Positions 49,677 through 63,040 of a stretch of 64,000 nt of DNA are shown in pieces. Under the pieces are notes generated by a model. That model was not told where the DNA came from, ran no database searches, and was given only the letters and a program-made list of their open reading frames with translations. Positions within the stretch are counted from its first letter, which is position 1, and the number at the start of each line of letters is the position of its first letter. Source of the DNA: Haliotis cracherodii (taxonomy: Eukaryota); assembly GCF_022045235.1 (NCBI RefSeq), contig NW_027266330.1, forward strand, positions 22,196,001 to 22,260,000. The letters are read 5' to 3'. The translations under genes and the position numbers were made by a program.

Positions 49677-52600
49677 ACGACAAGGCACGAAGTACATACA
49701 TACATATGTCATCCACACCATGTAAGCAACAGAGTGGAGTGAGTGAGTGAGTTAAAATGTAACGTCACATCGGCAATATTACAACCATATCGTGACGAAA
49801 TAAAAGCATACATTTGATTACAAAGAAATTCCTACTTGTAAAATACCTGTCGCCAAAGGACATTACAATAACTAGAATATCACACACACAGATTTAAAAC
49901 TAGTGGAGAATATATAAAGCAGGAAGTATTCGTTAACAACATAATGTAAAAGTGGTCTAGAGATCGTCAATCACTGAAAGGTGATCACCATACTAGGGAC
50001 CATGGGGACTTATTCAACAGAGTGGAAACAGTATGTAAACATGTTTCTGTATGACGAAAATAGATTAACGCACCAATTACCTTCCTATCAAACAGTATAT
50101 CAGAGTGGCATCTTACTAAGCGGGTCTCTTAAATCTAATCACTTCAGTGTTGGTCTATCACAGCATGAGCAGGGTGTTGCCACGTATCAACATATCAACT
50201 CTTTTTTATCCTCAACATGTACAGTGTCATGGTACGTCAGTCAAGTTGTTCCTTTCATAAAGAATCATTCACTGCACGGCTACACATTCTTACATGACAT
50301 GTAAAGAATGCACAAACCTGGTTTAAAAAGGTCCCAATTATGAAACGGGTATGTGAATTCAAAAGCTACGAGTGATTTGTATAAAGTAAGCCATGCATTA
50401 ATTGTAATTTGATGCAGCCATTTTTTATGATTATTGTATGCCCTAATGCCGTGCGTCAGGCATATTATTATGTAGTTAAATGTGTGTCATCTTACCGCGA
50501 CTGTAGTAGATCGTTCGTCATGCTGTCAATGACTCGTCTGTTTCTAATATTTACAAATTACAAGCTGTCGTAATAAACCTGGCTATTGCAAACTGTCACA
50601 AAATACAACATTCTATCACCCAACAATATACAGTAACGTTTCGTCATTCAGTGAAACATGCGGCCTAGAAATTACTCACCAGCAAAGACTTCATTCAGAA
50701 CATAGATGGCAATGCAAGACAACTCTGTGACGTGGTTACTGACAACCACTCCTGAGATGCTGTACCTTATGTTGCGTGACAACAAGTGATATCGATCGAG
50801 GTGTAATTTAAACCGAGTTGTGTTTGGACTCCTGTTGTTTTTAATAACATTACAATGCAGACAGGAAGTTTCTGGCCGCCTTAGGTAAACAGTCAATTCA
50901 GTAATGTTACGATTGTATAAGAATGACACATAAACTATGTGCATTAACTAGCATGTTGAATAACATGACAGAGATATGGGTAGACGGCATTATGCAATCT
51001 TAACAGACCACTTTATATTTCATTCAAATTTTGGCACCTGGAGTATTTAACTCATTACCTCTGAACGTTATTTTTGAATTTATATAAAAATATATATGTT
51101 TTAAATTGTTTGATAGGCATTACTTAGAAGTTGACGGATGACAAAGTAGACACAATTTATGGATAACAACTTATTTAATACTGTGAAGGAGACGTTTCAG
51201 TGTAGGTCCTTATACCGTTGTCAAGCAAGACTGTCTACTGTGTTTATCAATAACTCGATTATAATATCGTATAACACATATCACTAGTTTGAAATATTGT
51301 ATCCAACATCCGTATCCACCTTGTATGCCTTGGTATTCCAAAAGCAATTATCACCTGTTTGGAACGTCCATATTGAACGGGTAAATATAGCTTCGCAATA
51401 AGCAGCACAGTTCACTGCAGGCGAGGGGAACCCATGGGACAATTGATGCATTGTTATTTGATTGCATTTGCAAAAAAAAACTTTTCTTGTCTGTCTTATA
51501 AATGCAGTTACCATTGGCTACTGGCAAAACCTTAACATAATGACAAGGGAACAAAGGAAGTTACTATTGATTTACTCACAACTTCAATAAGATAATTATG
51601 TTGTTTTGAATGAACACTGCATGTGGAGAATTGCACAATGAAGCGCATGGCTGAATAAGCAATTACTTAATCCATAAATCAAAACACGCAACGGTCGGGT
51701 AATGGCTGTAAATAATATATACTACGTCGAACTTGGTGTAGGCTGTCACGTGTGTGCACAGTGTTTCAATCGATTACCTTATACATAATTCAATACATAA
51801 AAATGATCTGACAACGGCTGTAAATACACTTTAGAAACCATGTCCAACAAAAGTCCTGTATGAGGAGATGGCAGGTAATTTACCGTCATTCTCTGTAAAC
51901 GTTCGTTCGTCGTGGTGTACCTTTGTATAAGAAGAGCGACAGAATTTCTATCCCAATGGAAACTTGTTTCAAATCACTTGATCATATAACCATAGCTTTT
52001 AAAAAGAAACAATGGCGTATGAGGTCACATATCTGAAAATCTCATGTCGTTTCTAACAAAAAAAACAATCAAACAAGAACTCAAATTTCTTGTGATCGAA
52101 CGATACTCTTGTGAGTCAAACACTGTGAGGGATTGTTCTGGCAGACCGCCCATAGTCTACATCAGACTGAGATATGTATTAAAGCCTTTTTATCCGAAAT
52201 ACATTTACACTATCAACAATGAATCCATACTCAGATAAGGTGGCATAATTGACGAGTCTCTCTGTTACCCTCCTCACTTTTAAGGTATTTAATATGATGT
52301 TAAAAAGGAGTTGTGGCAAGAAACAAGGTTTTATCTCACCGGTAACCATGATAGGAACGTCATCTTAGGGACTTTCCCTATTTTCAAATTACCATTGTCC
52401 TTTACTTTTAACAAATTAAATGTAAGACCATTTTTTACAACACCATGGGTAACAAAACCCAATAAACTTGACATGTTTATTCTAACATCTACTGGAGGAA
52501 TGTACTTTTCAATAACTAAGATTGTGGATGATGGCCATGAGTAGCATAACTTTGTAAACTGACGAAAAAAAGAAACTGTACCAAACTGAAAGTTGGAAAC

Positions 52601-52807
52601 GTTGGGTCTTAACCCCGAATAGTGTCACAAAATGTTTGAAAATCAAACAAACACAACCATAACAGTTTGCTGAGTAATGCACATGTTACAAAAGTTTGAA
52701 GTAAAACTTTTGCTACATTTGCTGCATGCCAGCCTACAAAGATATGAATATATAATAAACTATGTACTGGTCATTCACACCCAAACCGTTGGACAGTGAC
52801 AAATAAC

Positions 52808-52965
52808 ATGCTAAGATTAATGGTACTGAAGAAACAGGCCATAGGTATGATACACCAAGAAGCAACGCATGACCAGGTTGCAAGGAGTTTTGGCTGTAGC
52901 CAAATGACAGTCAGCAGGGTGATGGTCCATTATAGGCACACTGTATGGATGGGAGACAGGCGATA
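52808..52965 (+). pseudogene. Decayed Tc1 transposase N-terminal HTH fragment
   Basis: QAIGMIHQEATHDQVARSFGCSQMTVSR parallels RAIGMLQTGTSVAEVARTMGCSRRTV at 58.7 kb. Confidence 0.7.
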
Positions 52966-53129
52966 CGTCAAAGTCCACATCGTTGGTGAGGCCAAAGCCA
53001 TGACTAGCCATGCAGCATAACAATACCCCTGAAAGTCGTGGAGCTTTTGTGTCCAAGAGCATTTTAAAAATATTGAAAGTCCAAGTATTCACAATCACAA
53101 AGACCAGTTTTTGCCTTATATTACAAAAG

Positions 53130-53560
53130 GTGACACCAGACCAATTAGATTCCCTTTTTATGAGCAAAACACCACCCAATAGGAAATAATATTCCAGACA
53201 GGTGCAAGGAATGTTTGAAGCCAACACCACACTTTTCTATAGCTCTTACCGCTTTGCCACAGATTATAGACACCTCAATGCAGTTACCAAACCTATCTGT
53301 TTTTCCTCTACCACCACTGCCAATATCTTTGGTGTGCTTGATTGTAATAGTGGCTTTTGGCAAATGGAATCTGCTTCATTCTTGCCTCCAAAATGCCCCT
53401 ATGGCATTTCTGCAAACCATTTCAGATGCAATAAAGAAATTAATTGGCGTTACATACTAATATATGTAGATGATATAATACTTTCTAAAACACATGAAGG
53501 CAGTTTTCAAAAAGATGAAAGAAGCAGGACTCACTCTAAGACCAAGCAAATGTAAATTGG
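53130..53560 (+). pseudogene. Decayed gypsy-type reverse transcriptase fragment
   Basis: YRFATDYRHLNAVT, FGVLDCNSGFWQ, PYG and LIYVDDII motifs with internal deletions. Confidence 0.8.
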
Positions 53561-53606
53561 AAAGGATTTTCTCACTTCTATTTAATGTACCATGACTTAT
53601 TTAAAT

Positions 53607-53769
53607 GAGTGAGTTAAGTTTTATGCCACTTTTAGCAATATTCCAGCAATATTTCAGCATTATCACAGCCCCCAGAGATAGGCTTCACACATTGTACACG
53701 TCAGGAATCGAACACAGGTCTTCAGCGTGACAAATAAACACTTAACTACTAGGCTACCCGACAGCCCCG
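53607..53769 (-). mobile_element. SINE family 3 copy
   Basis: GGGGCTGTCGGGTAGCCTAGTAGTTAAG head, GGTTCGATTCC-like B-box, ACTC tail. Confidence 0.8.
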
Positions 53770-53977
53770 ACTTCTGTAAGTGGCATTTAGAAGCTGATAT
53801 TATGACCAATAGTTCTATGGATATACCACCTCTTCATTACAAAGAATGCAACGTTTCGGGTTAGATACTAACACCGTTATCATATGCAACCTCTTTATAA
53901 CCATGAATGTGACGTTTCGGGTAAGATACTAAAGTACACACAGAAATGCTAGAAAACTGCTTTTCTGGCTTCATTTA

Positions 53978-54020
53978 TTAACCCCCTGGGTGCCACAGGG
54001 ACATATATGTCCCTCCTCTA
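53978..54020 (+). mobile_element. piggyBac-type terminus
   Basis: TTAA + CCCCCTGGGTGCCAC followed by palindrome GGGACATATATGTCCC; the partner end was not located. Confidence 0.55.
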
Positions 54021-55309
54021 CAACCCTCACTTTGAAGTCGAATATGGAAATACATCACCCACACAACTACACTTTACAGTTTTGAATAAGATGGGAAATT
54101 CGCTGTTCTGTGATATCATCCTCTGGCATTTAAGGCCAAGCAAAAGTACTGAACATGACCTCTGAAAATTAGGTACATCGTAAATTTCGCCATTTTTTAC
54201 ACAGTACTAAATCACCACTCTTGGCGTTATTTACAGCATGTTTTGATTATAAAAAGAGCATATATCAAAATAACGTGAATTGACCTAATCTAGCCTGTCC
54301 TAACTGACATTGTGATTACCCTTAAAATGTACTTTAACAGGTAAAATGATGATAAACTTATTCATTTCATGCATGTATGAAATGTAATTACCTAACACCT
54401 GTCCCGAGGTGATGACCTCACAACGTCAGGTGCATTCTCACAGGTGTAAATGTCACTGTGTTGGGGTTGGTCTCACAATATTGCTGTTATTGTACTTAAT
54501 TGACATGTGTTGAGTATTGGAAGGTTGCGGTTTTGGAATCCAGAAGTATTTGTTGTTCTTGATGGTTTCTTGAGTCAGGGTTACCTTCTGCTCATAAAGC
54601 TTGTACACTATACGCCTTATTACACTGTTTCAAAGCTGTCTAGTATCCTTTAACGTCACAGTTTTGTGTTTGAGACGACCCCTATACCTGTTTTGTTTTC
54701 TTGTCATACCGAAGACTTGGTGATATGAATGGAAAACCCTATAGCTTGGGCTATTCGGTTATAGATAAAAAAAATGTCTTTCTCTCTAAAGTGTAAAGAA
54801 CTTGTGTACATTTCCCAGTACAGACTCCATATCGTGTACAGGCAAAAAGCATTTCCTACAGTACTTTAACGCCGTTATCTTATACAACCTCTTTATTACA
54901 ATGAATGCAACGTTTCAGTGTACTGAAAAGTCGGAACTACAAAATCCATTTCATCACCACATGCTTGTTTGTATTGTTTTGTGACAATGCTGATGATGTT
55001 ATCGATTTCAAATGAACGTCCTGTTGCTTCATTTCTGTCAATGTTGATGAAGTCATTGGCAGTTTTGGTTTTATTTTTGTGAAAATGCAGCATATGTTCT
55101 CATGGCATCTCTCAAATCAGAAAGTGGAATTCATGTTCCTGGGTCAGTAATTTCAGCTGCAGTCAGTTATAATTGGATGACGTCAAACGAGATGTAAACT
55201 GTTCCTGATGGTGGTGGCTGAAACGACATTCCATGCTGGCTTCATCATTGGTAGAGATTGCCTCATATTTACCTGTTGCGCCTCGTTGTTCTTAGTACTG
55301 TCTGGGAGA

Positions 55310-55520
55310 GGTCTCACACGATTCTTTCGATTATAAGCCTTGAATGCACTAATAATGCCCGCATCTATCGGCTAAATATGTGCAGTAGGTTTTGGTTGTA
55401 GGAAATGTAGGTTCACATTTGTCTGTTTTAGATTTGTATAACTCGCAGCATTGTGCACAATATAAACACATGTTTGGCACCTGATCGCATCTGTGTCTCA
55501 AAGGCAATCAACCAATCATG
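55310..55520 (-). pseudogene. pogo/Tigger (DDE_1) transposase fragment
   Basis: HNAASY...NVNLHFLQPKPTAHI*PIDAGIISAFKAYNRK resembles DNAxxH...FLPPNTTSxxQPxDxGIIxxFKxxYR. Confidence 0.7.
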
Positions 55521-56712
55521 GAAGAGGTCAGAGGTCATTCACGCTTTTGTGTTTTTTCTTTAGTGGGTGAACACTTCTTGATAACAATCTCTAACAACAC
55601 AGCGTGGTGCTTCGGATTTTATGTTGACTGTATTCCGTTTCCGTTTCCGGATATCTGGGGTCTGGACAAGCGGGGTTCTACTGCATTATTTGAAATACAT
55701 TATTGGAATTTTAGACATTTGGTGACAGTTTTCATATTTCAAGTGTTGTTTGCATTAACTATTCTTGTGTAGACTGGGCCGGTGGATTAACCTTTGGTGA
55801 AACCCACAAACACAAAGCCAGAAACATAATCGTGGCGAACCAGAATTCGAACCCAGAACAAAGATGGAAGACAAATACTAAAAGACTAAAGACATAAACA
55901 TTTGAGTCCATGATACATACCAAATAACAGACATGGTGCTGTTTTTGCCCGCAACATTTGGTACCGTTTTTGCAAGGTAACTTTCTTGCCGTTTGTGCGG
56001 AGTGCAGTTTTAGCCTGCACCCGTAGACTATTACTTCAAAATGTCATGAATGATATAATAACTTCCATGACAAACGTTGACAGTCCACTATATACAAACT
56101 GCTAACCACAAAGCATACAAAAATTAAACTCTATTTAAACTCTGAAAACGGTTCCAGCAAATATGCAGAAAGAACAAGAATTGAGAATTGAAACAGGAAT
56201 TCATTGCTGTAAAACTGGAATACCTTTTCAACCCCAGAGAGCAATAATGAAAAGTGTTATTTCAAATTATTGGGAAGCTTGAGATGTTAACGTGGTGATA
56301 GTTGACTCAATGACATAAACCTTAAATAATCCCATGTGATTGTGTATTGGTTTCAGCATACTGTAAACATAATATCGCTATCCAGCAAACAGCGTTTAGA
56401 GAATTCTGGTATCGACTTGTCACACCGTCTTATGAGCAACACGTGTGCCCAAGGTAAGTCAATTTCATTGGCATAACCTGCACGTGCACAACATGCATAC
56501 ACCCTCTGTAACAAATCAAATATGTTTGTCCAAATTCTGTGCACCGCCTACTTGTCTCAAACGCGTTTTGTGTGTTGGTTCAACTTATCCTGGATTACCA
56601 GTAGTTTGGATGGATTTGTGAATTTAAACTACAAATATTGAGTTGTCTTTACTCCATATAACTCATAACAATTACGTTTATGTCCAACTATTTGTTTCTG
56701 ACCAGTAAATAT

Positions 56713-57641
56713 CTACCAGTTTGTGTCATGACACAACATCAGGGCAGCGGCTTCACAATCATTGCTTGCTTCTCCTCTGTCATGTTGATGTCGCTGCCCA
56801 GTACAAGTCTCATGATGACAATGGCAGCAGATGGACAATACACCCCAAGCATCGGCCACAGTGTCCAACATCGACACCACTTTGTTCTCCTTCACACCTA
56901 TTAGGACAATCTTCTTCCTGGCGTCATCAAAGACAACGCCGTAATGTAGTGTGGTTGATGCCCCTTCTGTGTTGGTGCACATGCTTCTTACCATTCTTCC
57001 ATGTCCTCCTGCATATCCCGCCATGTGTAGGACAGTGGGAGACGGTCATAGAAGAGGCATGAAGACAGTCGTGTACACTGGGATACCTGTCCCTATCTCC
57101 TTCAGTACAGATACCAACCTCCAGGATGAGTTGGTTGGTTGGTTGGTTTGTTGTTTAACGCCGCACTCAGCAATATTCCAGCTATATGACGGCGGTCTGT
57201 AAATAATCGAGTCTGGACCAGACAATCCAGTAATTAATATCATGAGCATCCATCCACGCAATTGGGATCGTTGACATGCATCAACCAGCGAGCCTGACCA
57301 CCCGATCCCGTTAGTCGCCTTTTACGACAAGCATAGTCACCTTTTACGGCAAGTATCGGTTGCTGAAGACCTATTCTACCCCAGAATCTTCACGGGTCTC
57401 AAGGATGAGCTTGTTCCCGGTGAGTGGTTAATCCAGGCCGACCTTATATTAGTCACCATCTCCCAGTACTAGGGACAGTCAGCCCAGGGAAGGGGGGCAG
57501 TGCTGCAGGTGCCCCAGTACTTCTTCAGTCTCCCCTCCCCTGCAGGTCTGGTATCTGACTCCCTGTTAACCAGGTCTCCTTCTGTGTTGCTGTGGATTGT
57601 GTCAAGATTGGCTCTGTCTTTGTCATACTTCAGATGTACAC
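56713..57641 (-). pseudogene. SPRY/B30.2-like terminal exon, disrupted by a stop and a SINE
   Basis: Acceptor ttgcag at 57642; VHLKYDKDRAN (PRY-like start), *YWEM, YGVVFDDARKKIVLI...WGVLSI (SPRY C-terminal pattern); in-frame TAG at 57471-57469. Confidence 0.6.
57130..57398 (-). mobile_element. SINE family 2, full length, inside the SPRY-like exon
   Basis: Flanking direct repeat AGGATGAG at about 57123 and 57402. Confidence 0.9.
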
Positions 57642-58402
57642 CTGCAACACATGAATGTAGGTTACAAGTGAATAAAACTTCAGACAAATAGTGATAGTAA
57701 ATCTGAAGTATGATGTTTAGATGACAGTGATCGCCAGTGAAAAATGTTCACACAAATAGTCTAACAAAAAACAACCACATTGTAGTAGTAATGACATTAA
57801 ACCCACTGTGTAGGTTATTTTGATCCAGTTTACTTTTGATTAACTGATAGCGAATGTAAAAGTCTGTAAAAGTACAACAAGTAACCAGCTTGTGGTATAA
57901 TATGCTGTGCAATGAGCAGTGGTGTAGGGTAGGTAACTCTGTTGGGTAACTCTTAACGTGCGAGGTATGGAACTTCACCTGCGAAATAACACATGTGCTC
58001 GCCGGGGTCAGCCATCTTAAATCCTATGCACGGCTGTAATATTCCTGAATAAATATTTGAGCCTTCTCAAAACTTCTCATACGACTAATACAACACAGTA
58101 TAGTCCACAGTCATTTAGCTATCACTGAATTAGAGCATTTAATTGTATTCTATCTACATTAGTGGATGATGCGACTGTGTCTGAACTATTTTCTGTTGAG
58201 ATTCTTAACTACTTATTCAAAATATTGAGTAGCATGATAATAGGCATAGGAATCACCGCGACGTTCCTGCTCAACATCCGCTTATAATAAAGATACGGGT
58301 GAACGCGGTGCAGCGAGAAATTGTATAGGAAACAGGCGTAATTATTGTTTAGATTGAGCTCCTGTCCACCTGAACTAATAGACAGGCGGCGGCCAATTTA
58401 TA

Positions 58403-59416
58403 TACTGAACCAAATTAAAAACTTTACAATCCTAATCCTGACCAGTTATCATTGTGGGCCCTTATTGTGTATTTAAACAGTAATGGCCACGTATTGTCTT
58501 CAGATAACACCCGTTTTTGTGCAGGTGGATCGATCAAAATCATGTGCACAGCACTCTAGTGGCAAAAGTGGTTTTTCACGTGCAACTGGTCACGTGGTCA
58601 TAATACCGCGCGTGTTTTCAGCCATACTTGTTAGCAGTCATTAACAAATAAAGAAAAACACAAGAAAACAAAAGTCTTTACGGCCATTTGTCATGCCACG
58701 CCTTTTTAAATGTGCAACGTGAACGTGCCATCGGCATGTTGCAAACGGGAACGTCCGTAGCTGAAGTCGCAAGGACGATGGGTTGTAGTCGACGGACTGT
58801 TTATGATTTACAGACGCGTCTACAGCAAACGGGTACCACCGCTGATCGCCCTCGGCCAGATCGACCACGTGTGACGTCACATGCAGAGGATCGTCAGATT
58901 GTCTTACGTCACCTCCGTAACCGATTTTTGACGGCTACATCAACCAGAGATGAACTGTTTAGGGGTAGACTGAGTGCGCAAACTGTTCGAAACCGTCTGA
59001 GAACTGCTCACCTTCAAGCACAACGGCCATACTGCGGGCCGATTCTGACTCAATTACACAGACGTCAACGTCAATTGTGGGCTCAGCGACACTTACGGTG
59101 GACTCAGAGGAATTGGAATCAAGTCTTTTTCAGGGATGATTCCCGATTTAATCTTCGATTTGCTGATGGTAGGGCGAGGGTGTGGAGGCGCCGTCATGAA
59201 CGTTACGCCCAGTGTTGTGTACAGGAAGTCGACAGATTTCGAGGCAAAAGTGTCATGGTGTGGGGTGCTTTCTGTGGCAATGCACGTTCCAGGCTTCTTG
59301 TCATCCGTGGCAACCTCAACGCTGCTGCTTACCGCGACCAGGTACTGTCACCAGAACTTCTGCCTTTTATGGCAGCTTATGGACCCGGTTTGATCTTCCA
59401 ACATGACAATGCCAGA
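58403..59416 (+). mobile_element. 3'-truncated Tc1-like transposon
   Basis: TA + TACTGAACCAAA left end; ATG 58693 (MPRL) out of frame by one base in a T run; HTH, FRDDSRF, VMVWG and FQHDNAR, then similarity stops before the catalytic E. Confidence 0.85.
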
Positions 59417-60058
59417 TCTCGATCCCTGATGATACACAAGATGAGATCTACAGGATAACAGATTGACACCTTACCTGTTATTGCAGGATTGTACCATAAT
59501 CGATTTATCTGTGCTTCAAGACATCCCAGGGTGGGGGGCGTACCTCGACACAAACTCACTCGAGGCTGAGTCACGGGAATATCTCTACACACCCATGACC
59601 ACATGTAGTAAGTATGGGATAAAGACGCTATTAACATCTTTCCTTGTGAAAAGTAGGGTCATTGTAAGTTCACAGCTATACATGCGACACTCTATACATT
59701 ATCATATTTCATGTATCAAGGTGAAATCTAGGTGCAGTAGGGGAGCGGTGTTAGGCCAGAACAAACACAATACACTATATGTGTTGAAAAGAGCGACATG
59801 ATTGGGCGGGTGGTCAGTCTGGTGTCACGGTTGTTTAGAAATGATGTTAATCAATATACGAACCATGATATCGCCATGATATATCAGTAACAATGTTTGT
59901 TTTTTAAGTTCATTTTCAATCCTCAAATTAATTACATGTCATTCATAAAATAGGCAAATGTGTATGGTTTAACATGCCTGTGAGAAAACTTGATTTGAGA
60001 GAAAATAAGTAGCATAGGTAAGGCTTCTATTGCTTGGTGAAACTCATGAACTTATATA

Positions 60059-60233
60059 CAGTAAACCAAGGCTATAACGAACTCGAAGGGACCACTAATT
60101 TTAGTTCGTAATAACCGTAGTTCGTTATAAGCATATACACGACATTTATACAACAAATGGTCGGAACTGAAAAATAAGTTCGTTATATCAGTGAGTTCGT
60201 TATATGCGTGTTCGGTATAACTGTAGTTTACTG
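60059..60233. mobile_element. pogo/Tigger-type MITE
   Basis: CAGTAAAC...GTTTACTG termini, TA on both sides, repeated TTCGTTATA/TATAACGAA subterminal motifs. Confidence 0.8.
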
Positions 60234-61579
60234 TATTGTGCCGGCTGTCGAGCGTACCCGCCTTATTCCTGCACGATGCCTCCGCCAAGTACCTGTAGTG
60301 ATATCCCATAACTTCATTGAACACGCCCATAGATCAATCCGCATACAGTCCGTACCACATGACATACGATTTATGTATTATGGATTGTGATAGTATCTTT
60401 GACTTGAAACTTGGGTATGCAGTTCTATTATGGCTTTTTGATACTGAGATAACTAGGGAATAGAGGTGGGCCGAGTTCTACTGTCATGTAACGTCCTATG
60501 CTTGTTCAGTTGTCGCCACTGACTTCTACATGCCTGAACAGGGCTATGTTGTACATTACTATAATGTGTGTTTTGTGACATTGGTGTAAGTACTTGACCG
60601 TGACAAATGAAACAATATTTTGCTGTATACTGGAGTTTGCAGGTAAGGAGATGTTGAATAAGCCTACATATATTTGCCTTTGTTGCCAACGGCCATGTTA
60701 CCCACCTGATATGGCTTAGTACATGTTTGTAATGTTCATTCATATTCATATGTCATATGTATAAATTATCTAGATGTGGACGCTTTGGTAAATATGTGCT
60801 TACCGCAACAGACATTGTGGTCTTAACACTGTGGCAGTATTGCTTTCGAAATGATGGTAAAGCATGGTTCTTTGTGAAACTGAATGTCTGCATCAAATAT
60901 TGTATTATCCATCAACTACTCTGCTTACTGTATTCATAAATATTACTTATGGCATATCTCATGTTATAAACCACGTGGTGAAGATACAGGTGGTAAGACA
61001 TTAAATCGCACGCGAGACGTCATTTATTTTGCAACAACGAGGCATAACTGAAGCAATCTCCTGAGAGCGAGAGATATTTACAAACCATTTATTAACAAGA
61101 TAGTCACACGCATCAAATTCGGTTTGCACTCTGTATAGGTTATGCATAGAGCTTCTACAGACATTATAAAATCGAGCTATATCCATTTACAATGTACGAA
61201 TACCGATCAACAGATCGAGGGTCCCTATCAACGTGAAGCACCCGCCTACTTTCGCACTTTTCAATTTGATTTAACGTAAAAGGATAAGCGTGGTGAAATG
61301 AAGTCAGTTTAAACTATCTGGACAGATATCTAGACTTACTTGGGATGATCCGGTTGTGCCATCAGTGGCCCCTTCGAAGCGTATTTTGTGGCACTGTTTC
61401 GGGAGTCGTTTGTTCACGACTCCACCAGATCACTCAAAGTGAACACTTCCGATACAATTCATTGAAAATTCCGAAGAAGTGTGCCTGACTTCTGATTTTG
61501 TGGCCCAAAATATCCCAAATGTGAACAATGTTGTTATGTATTTACACTTACATACATATTTAACGTGGGTAATAAATAA

Positions 61580-61724
61580 AATACCACACTCATTCTCGTC
61601 AGATACCATTGTTACGAACGTGTAAACTTTCAGTGGTACCTTACATCGCTTTCGCGCGGTCAGATACCATAGAAAGTCCACTCGTGTCGTAAAAATGGTA
61701 TCTAACGAGAATGAGTGTTGTATT
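61580..61724. repeat. Imperfect inverted repeat (MITE-like hairpin)
   Basis: AATACCACACTCATTCTCGTCAGATACCATT / AATGGTATCTAACGAGAATGAGTGTTGTATT. Confidence 0.75.
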
Positions 61725-61909
61725 CTCTAGTATGTGTATCAATGTCTGGGTGGAGGTGTACGTGCTACAACCTAAAAGATCCAACTTTTCTCCCATTTTG
61801 ATTTTATAAGCCTGTTGTAAAGAGAGTCACCAGACTGTCAGATTATTCTTATCTATGATCACTGGTTTGACATAAACATTCCCATGCTCGTGGGTGTCAC
61901 TAAGAGTTA

Positions 61910-62145
61910 GACCTGTGAAGATCCGGGGTACAATAGGTCTTCAGCAACCCATGCTTGCCATAAAAGGCGACTATGCTTGTCATAAGAGGCGACTGCCGAG
62001 ATCGGGTGGTCAGGCTCGCTGACGTGGTTGATGCATCCCTATTGAGTGGATCGTTGTACATGATGTCAATCACTGGACTGTCTGGTCCACACTCATTATA
62101 TAGCTAGAATGTTGCTGAGTGCGGCGTTAAAAAAACCAAAAGCAA
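61910..62145 (+). mobile_element. SINE family 2 copy
   Basis: Head-to-tail match. Confidence 0.85.
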
Positions 62146-62767
62146 ACACAAAGAGTTACTGTGGAACACTTCCTCCTCTGTTGGCCTGCACGGAGTTCCT
62201 CCATAAGTAAGCTGACACTATTATAAATGCTCAAAGCGGCGATTCAGTCGTTTCACGCATTTGCTTGTATTCCCATAAATATCTAAGGGTTTGCCAAGCC
62301 ACATAAACACATGCACAGAAGATATCTTATAAAACCCTAAACAGGCCATGGTTTATTATTAAACACAGTCATTAATAGTCAGTTGAAAGTCATATTGAGT
62401 AAACAGTTTAATTTGCTGTTTTTTAAACGAAATCTTACATTTCCCACATGTATGTTTCAATGAACGATCAAGTCTTTAAGCATAAAATGAGTGGCCCACT
62501 TCAACACATGTTATCAATCGTAGGCTGAGCTGAGTATCTCATTGTGGGAAAATACAAGAGAGTGTTGACATTGGTTTATCTGAGCTACGATTAGACTCGG
62601 GAACTGACCTACCCGGATAAGAAGGCATAACTAGGTTATCGCCCAGGACGTATTTCACAACAGCAGGTAACACTAAATCCTTGTTAAAACCACAAGAGCC
62701 TTCCAACATGTGGATGGTGGACAAGGCTATTGGTTGGACTGCGAACACTACATACACGGTATGTATG

Positions 62768-63040
62768 GCCCGTGAAGATCCGGGATAGAATACATGTAGG
62801 TCTTCAGCAACCCATGCTTGCCGTAAAAGGCGACTATGCTTGTCGTAAGAGGCGACTAACGGGATCGGGTGGTCAGGCTCGCTGACTTGGTTGATGCATG
62901 TCATCGATCCTAATTGTGTGGATCGATGCTCATGATATTAATCACTGAATTGTCTGGTCCAGACTCGATTATTTACAGACCGCCGTCATATAGCTGGAAT
63001 ATTGCTGAGTGCGGCGTTAAACAATAAAACAAACAACCAA
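62768..63040 (+). mobile_element. SINE family 2, full-length copy
   Basis: Complete head, core and (AAAC/AACC) tail. Confidence 0.9.

Noticed and set aside
59488-59608. Isolated exon-like segment (cag...gtaagt) after the truncated Tc1
   Set aside because: No recognisable domain or partner exons.
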